From a virus, in IMG/VR virus record IMGVR_UViG_3300010883_000001, positions 81,182 through 145,181 of that record: a stretch of 64,000 nt of DNA. One strand, 5' to 3'. Both the position numbers and the translations under genes were made by a program. This document shows positions 30,634-40,934 of this stretch, piece by piece; positions within the stretch are counted from its first letter, which is position 1; each line of letters opens with the position of its first letter. The notes under the pieces are model-generated. The model had not been told where the DNA came from. It was given only the letters and a program-made list of their open reading frames with translations, and ran no database searches.

Positions 30634-31242
30634 ATGATTAAGCTTCATGTAAAGCTACCGCACAGATTTAATCTAGCGCTTAGTGGTGGCCCTGATTCTA
30701 TGTCTGCACTTGATTTTTTTTGTAGAGGCCACCGCGACTTTAAGTGTATATACTTCAACCATAAAACAAAGCATTCAGTAGAGGCAGTTCAGCACGTTGT
30801 AAAAGAGTGTAAGAATAGGGGTGTTGAATTAATTATAAGTGATATTGATACAACATTAATAGACAAGGCAAAAAGCCTGGAGGCTGAGTGGAGAAAGCAG
30901 AGAATAGCATTTTTTAATTCTTTTAATGAAGATATAATAACCGCACATAATTTAAACGATGTTGTTGAGTGGTGGATGTTTACTTCGCTGCACGGAAACC
31001 CTAGACTAATACCTACTAGAAACAAAAATATATTGAGACCCTTTTTGACAACTTCAAAAGATGATTTTCTTAAGTGGAATAAAAAAAATGATGTTAAGAC
31101 AGTTTTAGATCCGGGGAATACAAATAGAGACTTTATGCGTACAATAATAAGGCATGATATGATGCCACATGTATTAAAAATTAACCCGGGTATCGGAAAG
31201 GTTTTGAGGAAGAAAATCATGAGAATTAAAAATGAAGCTTAG
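30634..31242 (+). CDS. tilS: Short TilS-like PP-loop ATPase (tRNA-Ile lysidine synthetase catalytic domain)
   Basis: LALSGGPDS, FNH, TAHNLND, ILRPFL, DPGN....FMRT.IRH. Confidence 0.8.
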   Translation: MIKLHVKLPHRFNLALSGGPDSMSALDFFCRGHRDFKCIYFNHKTKHSVEAVQHVVKECKNRGVELIISDIDTTLIDKAKSLEAEWRKQRIAFFNSFNEDIITAHNLNDVVEWWMFTSLHGNPRLIPTRNKNILRPFLTTSKDDFLKWNKKNDVKTVLDPGNTNRDFMRTIIRHDMMPHVLKINPGIGKVLRKKIMRIKNEA

Positions 31243-32260
31243 ACAAGCGTTATGTTTTGATGATGTTCTTTTAGAACCTAGGTTTTCAAGTATTTGTTCA
31301 AGATCAGATATATCTTTAGAGTTTAAGCTAAGAAATTTATCTCATACTTTCTCTCTTCCTGTATTTTCTAGCCCAATGGATACAGTTACGGAAGACAAGA
31401 TGGCTTATGGGATGTATAGGGCTGGTGGGCTAGGTATTATCCACAGATATAATACTATAGATGAACAGGTGGTGCATGTGAATTCAGTGTGTGCCTCAAA
31501 GACAGCACACGTTGGCGCGGCCATAGGGGTTTCAGGTGACTTTGAAGAAAGGGCATGTGCTGTATACGATGCCGGTGCCCGCATAATTTGTATAGATGTT
31601 GCTCATGGCCACCATATGCTAGTAAAAGAAGCACTCAGTTGCCTGCGGACTACGTTCGGCAACAACATTCATATAATGGCTGGCAATGTTGCTACTATAG
31701 ATGGGTTTAATGACTTGGCTGATTGGGGCGCTGATAGTATTCGAGTTGGTATAGGCGGAGGATCAATATGTTCAACTAGAATACAAACAGGTCATGGTAT
31801 ACCCACTTTACAAAGCGTGTTTGACTGTGCTAGATCTGATAGGCATGTTTCTATTATTGCTGATGGAGGGATTCGGAGTAGTGGTGATATCGTAAAGTGT
31901 CTGGCCGCCGGCGCCGATGCTGTTATATGTGGTTCACTATTAGGTAGGACGTCCGCTGCCCCGGGTGCACGATTTGTCGACGCTTCGGGAAATGAATATA
32001 AACAATACAGAGGAATGGCCTCTATAGAGGCCCAGATTGACTGGAGGGGTCATTCATCATCGGTTGAAGGGGTAACATCAAACGTTATGATACAAGGCAC
32101 GTTAGATGATGTCTTGGCAGCACTTGAGAGAGGCATAAGATCAGGTTTATCATATAGCGGGTGTACAACGTTAGATAAATTTAGGGCTAGCGCAAGGTTT
32201 ATAAACTCATCGACACTTTCGTCTGCTGAAAACGATACTCATATTTTTACACGTAAATGA
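31232..32260 (+). CDS. IMPDH/GMP reductase family enzyme without CBS domains
   Basis: [49 protein letters not shown]. Confidence 0.9.
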   Translation: MKLRQALCFDDVLLEPRFSSICSRSDISLEFKLRNLSHTFSLPVFSSPMDTVTEDKMAYGMYRAGGLGIIHRYNTIDEQVVHVNSVCASKTAHVGAAIGVSGDFEERACAVYDAGARIICIDVAHGHHMLVKEALSCLRTTFGNNIHIMAGNVATIDGFNDLADWGADSIRVGIGGGSICSTRIQTGHGIPTLQSVFDCARSDRHVSIIADGGIRSSGDIVKCLAAGADAVICGSLLGRTSAAPGARFVDASGNEYKQYRGMASIEAQIDWRGHSSSVEGVTSNVMIQGTLDDVLAALERGIRSGLSYSGCTTLDKFRASARFINSSTLSSAENDTHIFTRK

Positions 32261-32292
32261 TTTACTGACGAATATAGAGACTTAGTATTTTC

Positions 32293-32619
32293 ATGAGTAG
32301 GGATGAGAATACTATGATTGATGATGAGTTTTTGACCAATACAATCGTCGAATTTGCTATATTAAGCTTGTTAGGGTTTCATTTAATAAAGATACCACCA
32401 TCATCCTCATATTTTTCAGATATAAAATATCGTCCTGTTTGGACATTGGCTCAAGACAAAAAAACAAAAACGCCTGTTCGTTTAGAGTTGATATGTCCGG
32501 CAAAACGGGAAACTAGGGTCGCATGGCCTCAAGATTTAAATGAGTTTGGTGTGACTTTAGTAGATATTATTGAATATTTACGATCAATAGGTGCAAAAAA
32601 GTTACCTGCTGTCTTGTGA
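32293..32619 (+). CDS. Hypothetical protein
   Basis: ORF. Confidence 0.5.
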   Translation: MSRDENTMIDDEFLTNTIVEFAILSLLGFHLIKIPPSSSYFSDIKYRPVWTLAQDKKTKTPVRLELICPAKRETRVAWPQDLNEFGVTLVDIIEYLRSIGAKKLPAVL

Positions 32620-32647
32620 TCACATATATATTAATGCCAGCTGAATT

Positions 32648-33175
32648 TTGGTGGGAGACTTTATGGGTAATCGAAAATTTGAATTTGACGTAAGAACATG
32701 GATAAGAGAAGCAGCGCAAGAAAAACAAGATAAAGCTGTTGAAGAGATGTCAAAAGAAATAGAGAAACTAAGTCATGAGTGGGCGGGTGGAGATAACCTA
32801 GAACACTCAATTGATCATACTAAATCATCAACGGGCCTTGAGTCTATAAAACACCCGGAGGTTGATGGTCTAGAAATTTCTGAATCACATTTTGAACTTG
32901 GTGGTGATGAAGGTATTTCTGTATGTGATTTAGGAAATTCAGATTTGGCAGCCCAGTATGAAAGAAAGGCTAGCAGATCGATGATAGCAGTACCATGCCC
33001 GGAGTCATATGCCACAGCTGCTCAGGCCCTTGTTGGATCACCGTATGATGCAGAGGGATTACTCAGGCCCCTCATGGAGGCTACTGGCGCCACGTGCCCA
33101 GCATCGGTTGCGCGTGCATTAGCTGATCTGATTGACGTAGCTCAGGCACTTGGGATTATTGGGAGTCTCAAATAA
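32648..33175 (+). CDS. Hypothetical protein
   Basis: ORF; DVRTWIRE tag-like motif. Confidence 0.55.
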   Translation: MVGDFMGNRKFEFDVRTWIREAAQEKQDKAVEEMSKEIEKLSHEWAGGDNLEHSIDHTKSSTGLESIKHPEVDGLEISESHFELGGDEGISVCDLGNSDLAAQYERKASRSMIAVPCPESYATAAQALVGSPYDAEGLLRPLMEATGATCPASVARALADLIDVAQALGIIGSLK

Positions 33176-33567
33176 TGTCATTTACCAGCCAGACATTGGT
33201 AGAGAAGCCATGGGGTCATGAAAAAATATGGGCAAATTGCTCTAATTATATTGGCAAAATTTTATATATTAAAAAAGGTCATAGGTTATCACTTCAGTTT
33301 CACAAGGAAAAAGAAGAATCTATTATGGTACTTGAGGGAACGATGATATTACATCATAGATTACCCACTAGCAACTTACATGGCCCAGGATCTATGCAGA
33401 GGACTGAAATGAGTGAAGGAGATTGTTTTCACATAAAACCAGGGCTTACACATAGATTTGAGGCGGTAGACTCAGACGTAACGATATTAGAGGTATCAAC
33501 AACACAACTTGACGACGTAGTTCGTCTAGACGATGATTATGGGAGAGATAAACGTGAAAACGCTTAA
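33175..33567 (+). CDS. Cupin-domain protein (mannose-6-phosphate isomerase type II C-terminal-like)
   Basis: KPWGHE, RLSLQFHKEKEE, HRF, EVST..LDDVVRLDD. Confidence 0.85.
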   Translation: MSFTSQTLVEKPWGHEKIWANCSNYIGKILYIKKGHRLSLQFHKEKEESIMVLEGTMILHHRLPTSNLHGPGSMQRTEMSEGDCFHIKPGLTHRFEAVDSDVTILEVSTTQLDDVVRLDDDYGRDKRENA

Positions 33568-34666
33568 AGAAGTTTACGGATACTCAAAGAAAAAAAGACT
33601 TTCAAATAAAAGTTTAAAAAAGATAATTTTAGATGAAACGATTAAGGTCTTGATCGAGCAAGGTGAAACCGCAGAAGAAAAATCAGCAGATGCAGGTGGT
33701 TTTGCTAGCGTTACTACTTCGACCAACATCGCAGACTTAGACGGTAGTGATGCCTATAGGCAACTGGTATCTGGAGATGAAAGCGCTCCGCTAGTACAAG
33801 CCATGATCAACGCTGAACCTTGGGCTTCTGGGGCCGTATCAAAAGCCGGCGGCGTTGAAGCCATTAAAAAATGGGCTGAAGGAGTAGGCGAAGCCGACCT
33901 GTCTGCACGAATTTCTAAAATTGGGTCATCATTACCTGGTTCTGCTCCGGCCAAGGTTGACATGCCTGCTTTGGAAGGCGAAGATGCAGCAAATGTTGCC
34001 GATGCCCTTTCTCCTGGTGGGAAGTATAATATAGACCTCGCAGCCGTGTATGCTGGAGATTCAGAGGATTTTGATGCTTGGTATGACGGCCTCTCTGATG
34101 AAGATAAGGCGTCTTATGACGCAGGCAAAGTTCCAAGTGCCGATAAAAATGAATCTTTTATTAGAGAAGATAAGTACCCTCGCCAAGGCAAATCTCCAAT
34201 GCCGGGAGGGGGTGCGGATGCAGTTGGAAAAGCTCTGGCGTTTCTAACCAAGGGAATGGCAGATGGAAACCCTACAGATGATAACATCAGTGTAACACAG
34301 GGTGGATCTATAGCTAATTCAAAGATGGTTCCAACACAATCCAATATTCTAGCCGGAAAATCTATGCTGTTTGCATTTCTGCAGGGTACAGGAAATACTG
34401 ACCTATCTGATATGGGCGGGGCTTTCGTGACGTCTGCCGGAGAAATATTAGACGGACATCACCGGTGGTCAGGTGCCTATATTGGAACAGGTGGTGGATT
34501 AACCCACAGCAATGTCCATGTCGTTGACGGAGATAAGGATACGCTTATTCCGATGTTAGTATCTGTTGGTAATGCACTCGGTCGTTCACAAAAAGAATCT
34601 CGTACTAGAAATAACAAAGACCAGCTTATCATGGAGCGATGGAAAACGATCGCAGGCATCGTATAA
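33554..34666 (+). CDS. Protein with C-terminal ParB/Sulfiredoxin-like domain
   Basis: PTQS...GEILDGHHRW; ends MERWKTIAGIV; GTG start. Confidence 0.6.
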   Translation: MKTLKEVYGYSKKKRLSNKSLKKIILDETIKVLIEQGETAEEKSADAGGFASVTTSTNIADLDGSDAYRQLVSGDESAPLVQAMINAEPWASGAVSKAGGVEAIKKWAEGVGEADLSARISKIGSSLPGSAPAKVDMPALEGEDAANVADALSPGGKYNIDLAAVYAGDSEDFDAWYDGLSDEDKASYDAGKVPSADKNESFIREDKYPRQGKSPMPGGGADAVGKALAFLTKGMADGNPTDDNISVTQGGSIANSKMVPTQSNILAGKSMLFAFLQGTGNTDLSDMGGAFVTSAGEILDGHHRWSGAYIGTGGGLTHSNVHVVDGDKDTLIPMLVSVGNALGRSQKESRTRNNKDQLIMERWKTIAGIV

Positions 34667-34685
34667 ACTAGTTTAGGAGAGTTAG

Positions 34686-35516
34686 GTGCCTTGGAAAGCT
34701 ATAAAAAGAGATTGTGTTCAAAAAACTACCGGTAAAAAAGGCACCCACGCAGTTGTAAAGAAAAAACGTGGCGGAAAGACGGAGCAGGAGTCATGTCATG
34801 ATAATGAAAAATCTGCAAATTCAGCCATCAGGGCCCGGCATGCGAATGAGTCGCGAGTATACGCATTAACAGAATTAGAGTTAAGAAACCTCATTAGAAA
34901 ATCAATAATTTCGGAAAAGAAATGGGCTGATTTTAACGCACCTAAGGGTGAGACTATTTCATTAAGCGTATCGGATTTTGATGATAATACTCCTAGTGTT
35001 AGAGATTTAGATGATGAAATATTTGATTTAATTCAAAATGCGTATAATGATGTACCGTTAGGTAATGATGAGTTTGGGCATGCAAAAGTTAGAAGTCCTG
35101 AAAGTTTACCGGCGGGATATACAGTTTTGCAGGCTGCTGATTTAGATTCAGATCCAGATCCGGATTATTTTCGTGGATCAAAAATGAAATCAGGTAGGGT
35201 TAAGCTTGGAATAGTTGGTCATGACGGATCCGATATAGCAATTCAAAAATATCTAGATGAGACCGCTGAACAACTTAAGTCTGGTGGGATGGCTGAGATG
35301 TCTGGGGCAATTGCACATGTCATGATAACTCGTCATGGTGTAAGTGCAGTAACAGATCAGGCGACTGTAGAGTCTTTATTAGGAAAAAGAGTAGAGTGGG
35401 TAGGCCTGCATCCGGATGAGAAATATGCTAGTAGATACGGCCCTGCTTATAAGGGATGGTATAATAGGACAATAGGTGGTGGAAAACATATGAAAATTTT
35501 ATTAGGAGCAGTATAG
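34686..35516 (+). CDS. Hypothetical protein
   Basis: AGGAG RBS; ELRNLIRKSIISE tag. Confidence 0.6.
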   Translation: MPWKAIKRDCVQKTTGKKGTHAVVKKKRGGKTEQESCHDNEKSANSAIRARHANESRVYALTELELRNLIRKSIISEKKWADFNAPKGETISLSVSDFDDNTPSVRDLDDEIFDLIQNAYNDVPLGNDEFGHAKVRSPESLPAGYTVLQAADLDSDPDPDYFRGSKMKSGRVKLGIVGHDGSDIAIQKYLDETAEQLKSGGMAEMSGAIAHVMITRHGVSAVTDQATVESLLGKRVEWVGLHPDEKYASRYGPAYKGWYNRTIGGGKHMKILLGAV

Positions 35517-35713
35517 TGTTATTAAGAAAAGGCGACAGGGTTCAGATGATATTTCAGATGAATAAAGTAGGGACAGTTTTGGAGGTAAGATCCAAAGCAA
35601 GCCATCAATGGCTGATGGGTGGCGCGCTAAGTTCTAAATTATTTGTTGATATTAAGCTCGATACCGGTGATGTCGTGACTGTGGCGCATGATGATTTGAT
35701 GAGGGAAGACTAA
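35516..35713 (+). CDS. Small SH3/KOW-like hypothetical protein
   Basis: LRKGDRV...GTVLEV. Confidence 0.5.
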   Translation: MLLRKGDRVQMIFQMNKVGTVLEVRSKASHQWLMGGALSSKLFVDIKLDTGDVVTVAHDDLMRED

Positions 35714-36047
35714 CATCAACTTCATCATCATTAAACTGGCGCATCTGTTCAATTTCTTCAGGTCGATACCCCTTAACTAGGTCGAATACTTCGGGTCTGG
35801 GATCTTGATCATCTTCAATTTCGTCAACCTCTGCACCTTCATCGTCAGCTTCGCCGTAGAATGCTCCATCACCCCATCCGGTATCTTCTCCCCAACCGGC
35901 TGTATGTGATGTTCTTATCGTATCAAGCATTCCAAGCGTGGCACTTCCATTTTTGCCACCCCCACCTTTTAATGCTTCTGGTGGTTGCCAGAGTTCGCTG
36001 ATTGCGCTTCTTATTAACTGGCGTAACGTAGTTTCTGTTAATCTCAT
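35652..36047 (-). CDS. Acidic hypothetical protein
   Basis: Begins MRLTETTLRQLIRSAISE; AGGA RBS. Confidence 0.6.
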   Translation of the reverse strand: MRLTETTLRQLIRSAISELWQPPEALKGGGGKNGSATLGMLDTIRTSHTAGWGEDTGWGDGAFYGEADDEGAEVDEIEDDQDPRPEVFDLVKGYRPEEIEQMRQFNDDEVDVSLPSSNHHAPQSRHHRYRA

Positions 36048-36240
36048 TTTTAATTCCTAGCTTTTAATTATATTCTTATAATTGGAGACAATAAAAAATA
36101 CCTAATATCAATCACCAGTTTAATATGGATTCACTTTAAAGCATATTTGTAAGTATTGTAAGCGTGAGTAGCTTATATGTTGAATAATTAAACAATAGGT
36201 ATTTTGATAATACTTCTAATTCATTATGATAGGAATTTTT

Positions 36241-36402
36241 ATGAAGAAAAATAAGTCAATTGCTGTAAGAAAAGTTGATAGAATAATTGAGGTTCTTAAT
36301 AAAAAAGATGAGCCCTTATATAAGATGACGTTTATGACCGTCGGTGATTTCAGAAAAATAATTAGGGAAGAGATTGAGGGATTATTAAACGTTAAAAAAT
36401 AG
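36241..36402 (+). CDS. Small hypothetical protein (53 aa, not in ORF track)
   Basis: AGGA RBS; MKKNK...FRKIIREEIEGLLNVKK*. Confidence 0.55.
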   Translation: MKKNKSIAVRKVDRIIEVLNKKDEPLYKMTFMTVGDFRKIIREEIEGLLNVKK

Positions 36403-36482
36403 TATGCTCACCGCTCTGTATTACGATTGGGGTTACGCTTGTATATTATATTAAGAGAAAAATTTCTGGTGACTAATCAATT

Positions 36483-36737
36483 ATGGATGATAAAGATGCT
36501 CATGATCTTTTTAAAGATCTGAATTATAAGCTTAAGCTTAATTGGACAAATCATGAGCGCCGATATGGCAAATTTGTCAAGCTAAAGAAGCATGAAATAA
36601 GATATGCTGCCTTCATTAAAGATAAGTACAATGAGGTTGGCTGGGCAGTTAAGGTTATTATGGGCTTAAGCCCGGGTTTAAAACGTGAGGCCTGGCTAAA
36701 TTTTAAAGTACCCGGGTGGTCAAAGAAAGAATCTTAA
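36483..36737 (+). CDS. Hypothetical protein
   Basis: ORF. Confidence 0.5.
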   Translation: MDDKDAHDLFKDLNYKLKLNWTNHERRYGKFVKLKKHEIRYAAFIKDKYNEVGWAVKVIMGLSPGLKREAWLNFKVPGWSKKES

Positions 36738-36740
36738 AAA

Positions 36741-37997
36741 ATGGCAAGAACAAAAAATTTTGGCGCTAGCGCCGTAAGGTTCAATCAGGGAATTTCATTA
36801 TCAGGATCTGTAGGTGCAAACGCCGGCCACTCATTGGTCGTGACAGGATCAGCTGTTATTAGCGGACTATCTTATCCAATGTCTGATGGTACTGCAAATT
36901 ATGTTCTTAAGACTGATGGGAATGGAAGTTTAAGCTGGACTTCAAATTCAGGTGGAGGGTCTGGATCACCTGGTGGATCTAATACTCAATTACAATATAA
37001 CAATAATAGTTCGTTCGGCGGGGTCTCTGGTGTCACTACTGATGGTACTAATGTAACTTTTGGGGATACTGCCTTACTAGTTGGATCAGATATTATTCAT
37101 TCTGGCGATGCAGATACTTTTGTTCGGTTTGAAACCAACAATATCAGTTTGTCAGCCGGTGGTGCCGTGATGACTTATGATGGAACAGACTTAACAGTTC
37201 CGGGTGTCAGCAGCATTTACGTGGACAAAATAAGGCGAGCATCAGATAGCAGCACTACTACAAAAATACTTCTCAATGATGAAGCATTAAAGTTATATGC
37301 TGGCCACTCATCAGATAACATATGCACGATAGATTCTACTGGTCTAACAATAGATAACGGCAGCTTAGAAACAGCAACCATCGATTACACTGACGGCGAT
37401 CTGTCTATGACCATTGCCGATGGGGGCAAGGTTACGTTTGCAGCAGGTTTTGGCGTTGGATCCGATGCGGCTGGTGACATATTGTACCATAACGGTACCA
37501 GCTATATTAGGCTGGCTAAGGGCACCGCAGACCAAGTGCTTACCATGAACGACGCAGCTACTGCACCCGGCTGGGAAGCTGCTAGTGGAGGAGGGGGTTC
37601 AAGTGAATCGACTGTTTCATACACATTAGGATATGCGACATTGAATACAGCTGCAGGAGGTAGCGTATCTGATGCACTTACAATTCCGGCTGGAAAGACT
37701 CTTAAAATAATAACAATTGATATAACGACCGGCTTTACAGATTCATACGGAAGCGGGACTTATGCAACGATATATTTTAAATCTGGTTCAACATCACTAA
37801 GACCCCGGGGTACATATACATCTTACGGATCTGTTAGTGAAGGTAGTAGTTTTTGGGGCGCATCTGATGCTTATGGTTCTACATCATGCCGACTGACGAT
37901 TGGCGGCGGCGGCAGTGAAGATTTTGCACTTTATTGGTCAAATCAGAGTTCAACTCTCACAGCTGGATCTGCAATAATAAAAGCTTGGTATGTATGA
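36741..37997 (+). CDS. Tail fibre/spike-like structural protein
   Basis: G/S/T-rich; DGTANYVLKTDGNGSLSW, PGGSNTQLQYN, GDILY...RLAKG...QVLT fibre-type repeats. Confidence 0.7.
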   Translation: MARTKNFGASAVRFNQGISLSGSVGANAGHSLVVTGSAVISGLSYPMSDGTANYVLKTDGNGSLSWTSNSGGGSGSPGGSNTQLQYNNNSSFGGVSGVTTDGTNVTFGDTALLVGSDIIHSGDADTFVRFETNNISLSAGGAVMTYDGTDLTVPGVSSIYVDKIRRASDSSTTTKILLNDEALKLYAGHSSDNICTIDSTGLTIDNGSLETATIDYTDGDLSMTIADGGKVTFAAGFGVGSDAAGDILYHNGTSYIRLAKGTADQVLTMNDAATAPGWEAASGGGGSSESTVSYTLGYATLNTAAGGSVSDALTIPAGKTLKIITIDITTGFTDSYGSGTYATIYFKSGSTSLRPRGTYTSYGSVSEGSSFWGASDAYGSTSCRLTIGGGGSEDFALYWSNQSSTLTAGSAIIKAWYV

Positions 37998-38043
37998 GCT
38001 AATTATCCACCCCTGAAATATTTATAAAAAACAGGGTTAAAGC

Positions 38044-38769
38044 TTGCAAGAACACGAGAAATTACAAATAATTGAAGATCTTATGCTAGAGTTTCCGGAA
38101 GGCCCGGGACCGAACTCACTACAGTATGACAAAATAATTATAAAAGAAACAACAGCAAGACCTGGCTCTATAAGGTATATACCCAAAGAAAGTAATTACG
38201 GATACGATCCAACAATTATTTTTTCATTGGGTATAAGAGCATATACCGAATGTAGAGATATCATTACCAGGATCGTATGTGGCGACTATTGTGATATTTA
38301 TGACAGGGAAAAAGTCTCTGATAAACAAAAACGCTTTATCCAAAATAGGGCTCCAGATGTATGGTCTAGGTTGTGTAGGGCTATGAGTAAGATACAAAAA
38401 GAAGGAGGAAGAGGAATATATAAAGTTTATAATCAGAGTTCATTTTTCAATCCTCCCCTTGGGTTTGTCTATGCAAAAAATAAGCAGGACGCGATTGATT
38501 GCTGTGACATATTATTTTCAGGATTATGCGATGATAAAAAGAGATTGATAATAGAGTTTTATGGATATGAAGATGTTAATGCTGCGATATCACATAATCG
38601 TGAGATACTACAGAAGATGTCATCAAGCATAGAGACATCACGGGTAAATGTAGATAATCTTAATAGGAGGATTTTAAAGTATGAAACAGCATTACAGAGA
38701 TTGTCAACAATTTTAGACGTTCAATTATCATTAGTAGAAAAGCAATGTGAACAAAAAGATGATGATTGA
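38044..38769 (+). CDS. Hypothetical protein
   Basis: 241-aa ORF with C-terminal coiled coil. Confidence 0.55.
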   Translation: MQEHEKLQIIEDLMLEFPEGPGPNSLQYDKIIIKETTARPGSIRYIPKESNYGYDPTIIFSLGIRAYTECRDIITRIVCGDYCDIYDREKVSDKQKRFIQNRAPDVWSRLCRAMSKIQKEGGRGIYKVYNQSSFFNPPLGFVYAKNKQDAIDCCDILFSGLCDDKKRLIIEFYGYEDVNAAISHNREILQKMSSSIETSRVNVDNLNRRILKYETALQRLSTILDVQLSLVEKQCEQKDDD

Positions 38770-38893
38770 TATTTTTATGATATGATATAAATGATTGATA
38801 TTAGCGATATTTTATCAGTAGCTTTATTGGCAAATATTTCTTCTATAGTCACGTATATTATTGAGAGTAAAATTAGGTGAGGTGCTATAGGAA

Positions 38894-39385
38894 ATGACTA
38901 AGAAAGAAGATGGGACGGTTGTTGGTTTTACGTGTGGATCTTTTGATTTGATGCATGCAGGGCATGTTCTTATGTTCGAAGAGTGTAAAAAATATTGTGA
39001 TAAGCTCGTAGTTGGTGTACAATCAGATCCATCAGCTGACAGGCCTGAGTCAAAGAATACACCCATCCAGACTTTTGTCGAGAGAATTTTGCTAGTAAAG
39101 TCAGTGAGATGGATTGATGACGTTATACTTTATCATACCGAGGAAGATCTTTATAGAATATTAGAGGAATTGAAACCCAGCGTTAGGATAATTGGCGAAG
39201 ACTGGAGGGATAAAGAGTATACAGGTCATAATTTACCTATTGATGTTATTTTTAATTCTAGATCCCATACATACTCAACTAGCGAATTGAGGGAAAGGGT
39301 TTATGATAGAGAAAAAAAGAAAAAAGATAAAGAGAAAAATGTAGGTCTATCTCATGGTACCGGTTTACCTACAGGAAGCGATTAG
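38894..39385 (+). CDS. Cytidylyltransferase (TagD/glycerol-3-phosphate CT-like)
   Basis: CGSFDLMHAGH, VGVQSD, RSH.YSTSELR. Confidence 0.88.
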   Translation: MTKKEDGTVVGFTCGSFDLMHAGHVLMFEECKKYCDKLVVGVQSDPSADRPESKNTPIQTFVERILLVKSVRWIDDVILYHTEEDLYRILEELKPSVRIIGEDWRDKEYTGHNLPIDVIFNSRSHTYSTSELRERVYDREKKKKDKEKNVGLSHGTGLPTGSD

Positions 39386-39389
39386 TTTT

Positions 39390-40115
39390 ATGAAAATAGA
39401 TGATGCCGCCGAAGTGAACCGGCAATACTTATATCACGATAATGATGGATTTGTTGAATATGTCCAACACATGGGTGATGATGCCACAATCGTTAATGCA
39501 GCCAGGGTTTCTTTTGGTAAACAGGTGGCTGAGTTATCTAATAAAGACAAAAAATTGATTAAATACCTTGTAGCGCATAAGCATACGTCTACTTTAGAAC
39601 ATAATGTTTTAACAATGCGGTTTAGGGTACCCTTGTTTGTTGCGCGGCAACATATGAGGCATCGTACTTGGAGTTTTAATGAAATTTCTCGTAGATATAC
39701 AAGCATTGATATGTCAATGTACGAGCCAGACATGTTCAGGGTTCAACATTCTCAGAATAGACAGGCATCCGAAGATGATGGGTTGATTAATCCCTTATGC
39801 GTGTCGACAACAGCATATGATATTGGGATATCCGGCTCAGCGTCAAGTCTAGTAAAGAGACACCACAAATCATCAATGTTACTGTATGAGTCTTTAATGC
39901 AAGCCGGTGTTTGTAGGGAACAGGCCCGCGGAGTTCTACCTCAAAATATGTATACAGAATATTTGGGAACAGTCAATCTAAATAATCTGATCAAATTTAT
40001 ACATTTGCGTATCCATGAGGGTGCACAGTGGGAGATAAGAAGGGTTGCTGAGTCTTGTTACCATATAGCTAGCTCTTTGTGGCCGGATGTTATGAAATGT
40101 GCGGTGAAAAATTAA
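39390..40115 (+). CDS. thyX: Flavin-dependent thymidylate synthase
   Basis: AARVS, H.S.LEH, RQHMRHRTWSFNEISRRY, EQARGVLP, AQWEIR. Confidence 0.95.
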   Translation: MKIDDAAEVNRQYLYHDNDGFVEYVQHMGDDATIVNAARVSFGKQVAELSNKDKKLIKYLVAHKHTSTLEHNVLTMRFRVPLFVARQHMRHRTWSFNEISRRYTSIDMSMYEPDMFRVQHSQNRQASEDDGLINPLCVSTTAYDIGISGSASSLVKRHHKSSMLLYESLMQAGVCREQARGVLPQNMYTEYLGTVNLNNLIKFIHLRIHEGAQWEIRRVAESCYHIASSLWPDVMKCAVKN

Positions 40116-40124
40116 TCTTAATTC

Positions 40125-40153
40125 GTGCAAATTTTATTAAGTTATGGTATAAT
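40125..40153 (+). promoter_or_regulatory. Putative promoter GTGCAA-N17-TATAAT (extended TG -10)
   Basis: Repeated motif. Confidence 0.7.
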
Positions 40154-40177
40154 TGAATTATAATGTAGAGTGAAAAT

Positions 40178-40450
40178 ATGAATGACTTGCAGTTAGGATC
40201 TGAGGTTTGGTTTGTTTCTCTTTCTGAGAAGCAACCTAGGCAAGGTATAGTTCTTTCTATATATGAAAATGATGCGATCACCCCCTCAGCTCAGCTCCAA
40301 TGTATCCACTCGGGTGCATATTATGTAGTCCCAAAGTCTTGGATTGGGGATACTCGAAAATCAGCAAAGTGCCTTCGCATAGATAATGATATTGATTTTC
40401 GAAAACGCGTTAATAAAATAATAACTTCAAAGGGAGAAAAAGATGAATAA
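40178..40450 (+). CDS. Hypothetical protein
   Basis: ORF after the promoter. Confidence 0.55.
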   Translation: MNDLQLGSEVWFVSLSEKQPRQGIVLSIYENDAITPSAQLQCIHSGAYYVVPKSWIGDTRKSAKCLRIDNDIDFRKRVNKIITSKGEKDE

Positions 40451-40682
40451 ATTTAGTAGTATCGATATTCTTGATTTAATCTTTATCAAGAATTATGAGC
40501 AAAATCTTGCAAGAAAGAATGAGGATACAAGACCAGTATTATATTTGAGTCCCCCCAGTGCTCAGTTTGAGACTAAAAATCTCCCAAAAACTCAATCAAT
40601 TAGCACTGTAATAGAGATTGATCTCACAAAAGATGAAGAAGAATCAAATTGTTCAAGGGTGATTATTATTAATAACGTCTGA
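40443..40682 (+). CDS. Hypothetical protein
   Basis: GGAG RBS. Confidence 0.5.
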   Translation: MNKFSSIDILDLIFIKNYEQNLARKNEDTRPVLYLSPPSAQFETKNLPKTQSISTVIEIDLTKDEEESNCSRVIIINNV

Positions 40683-40700
40683 GATCTGAGGGGAAATTAC

Positions 40701-40934
40701 ATGAATCCTATTATAAAGACTGCTATATTTGAGTATGAAAACAGGGATAAAACATGGAGATCTAATATTGGAGCTCCGGTCAAAGCTTTAAAAGTACTTT
40801 CAGGAGTTCTGAGTAAATTAACACCCGAGACTATCATCGCATTAGAGGATGCAGGCTGGCCCAATCGGGATGATGTTCTTAAGATATTTTTAAAGGCGAT
40901 AAGATTTGAATGTAGTAAAAAAGAAGTTAAGTAA
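40701..40934 (+). CDS. Hypothetical protein
   Basis: GAGG RBS. Confidence 0.5.
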   Translation: MNPIIKTAIFEYENRDKTWRSNIGAPVKALKVLSGVLSKLTPETIIALEDAGWPNRDDVLKIFLKAIRFECSKKEVK

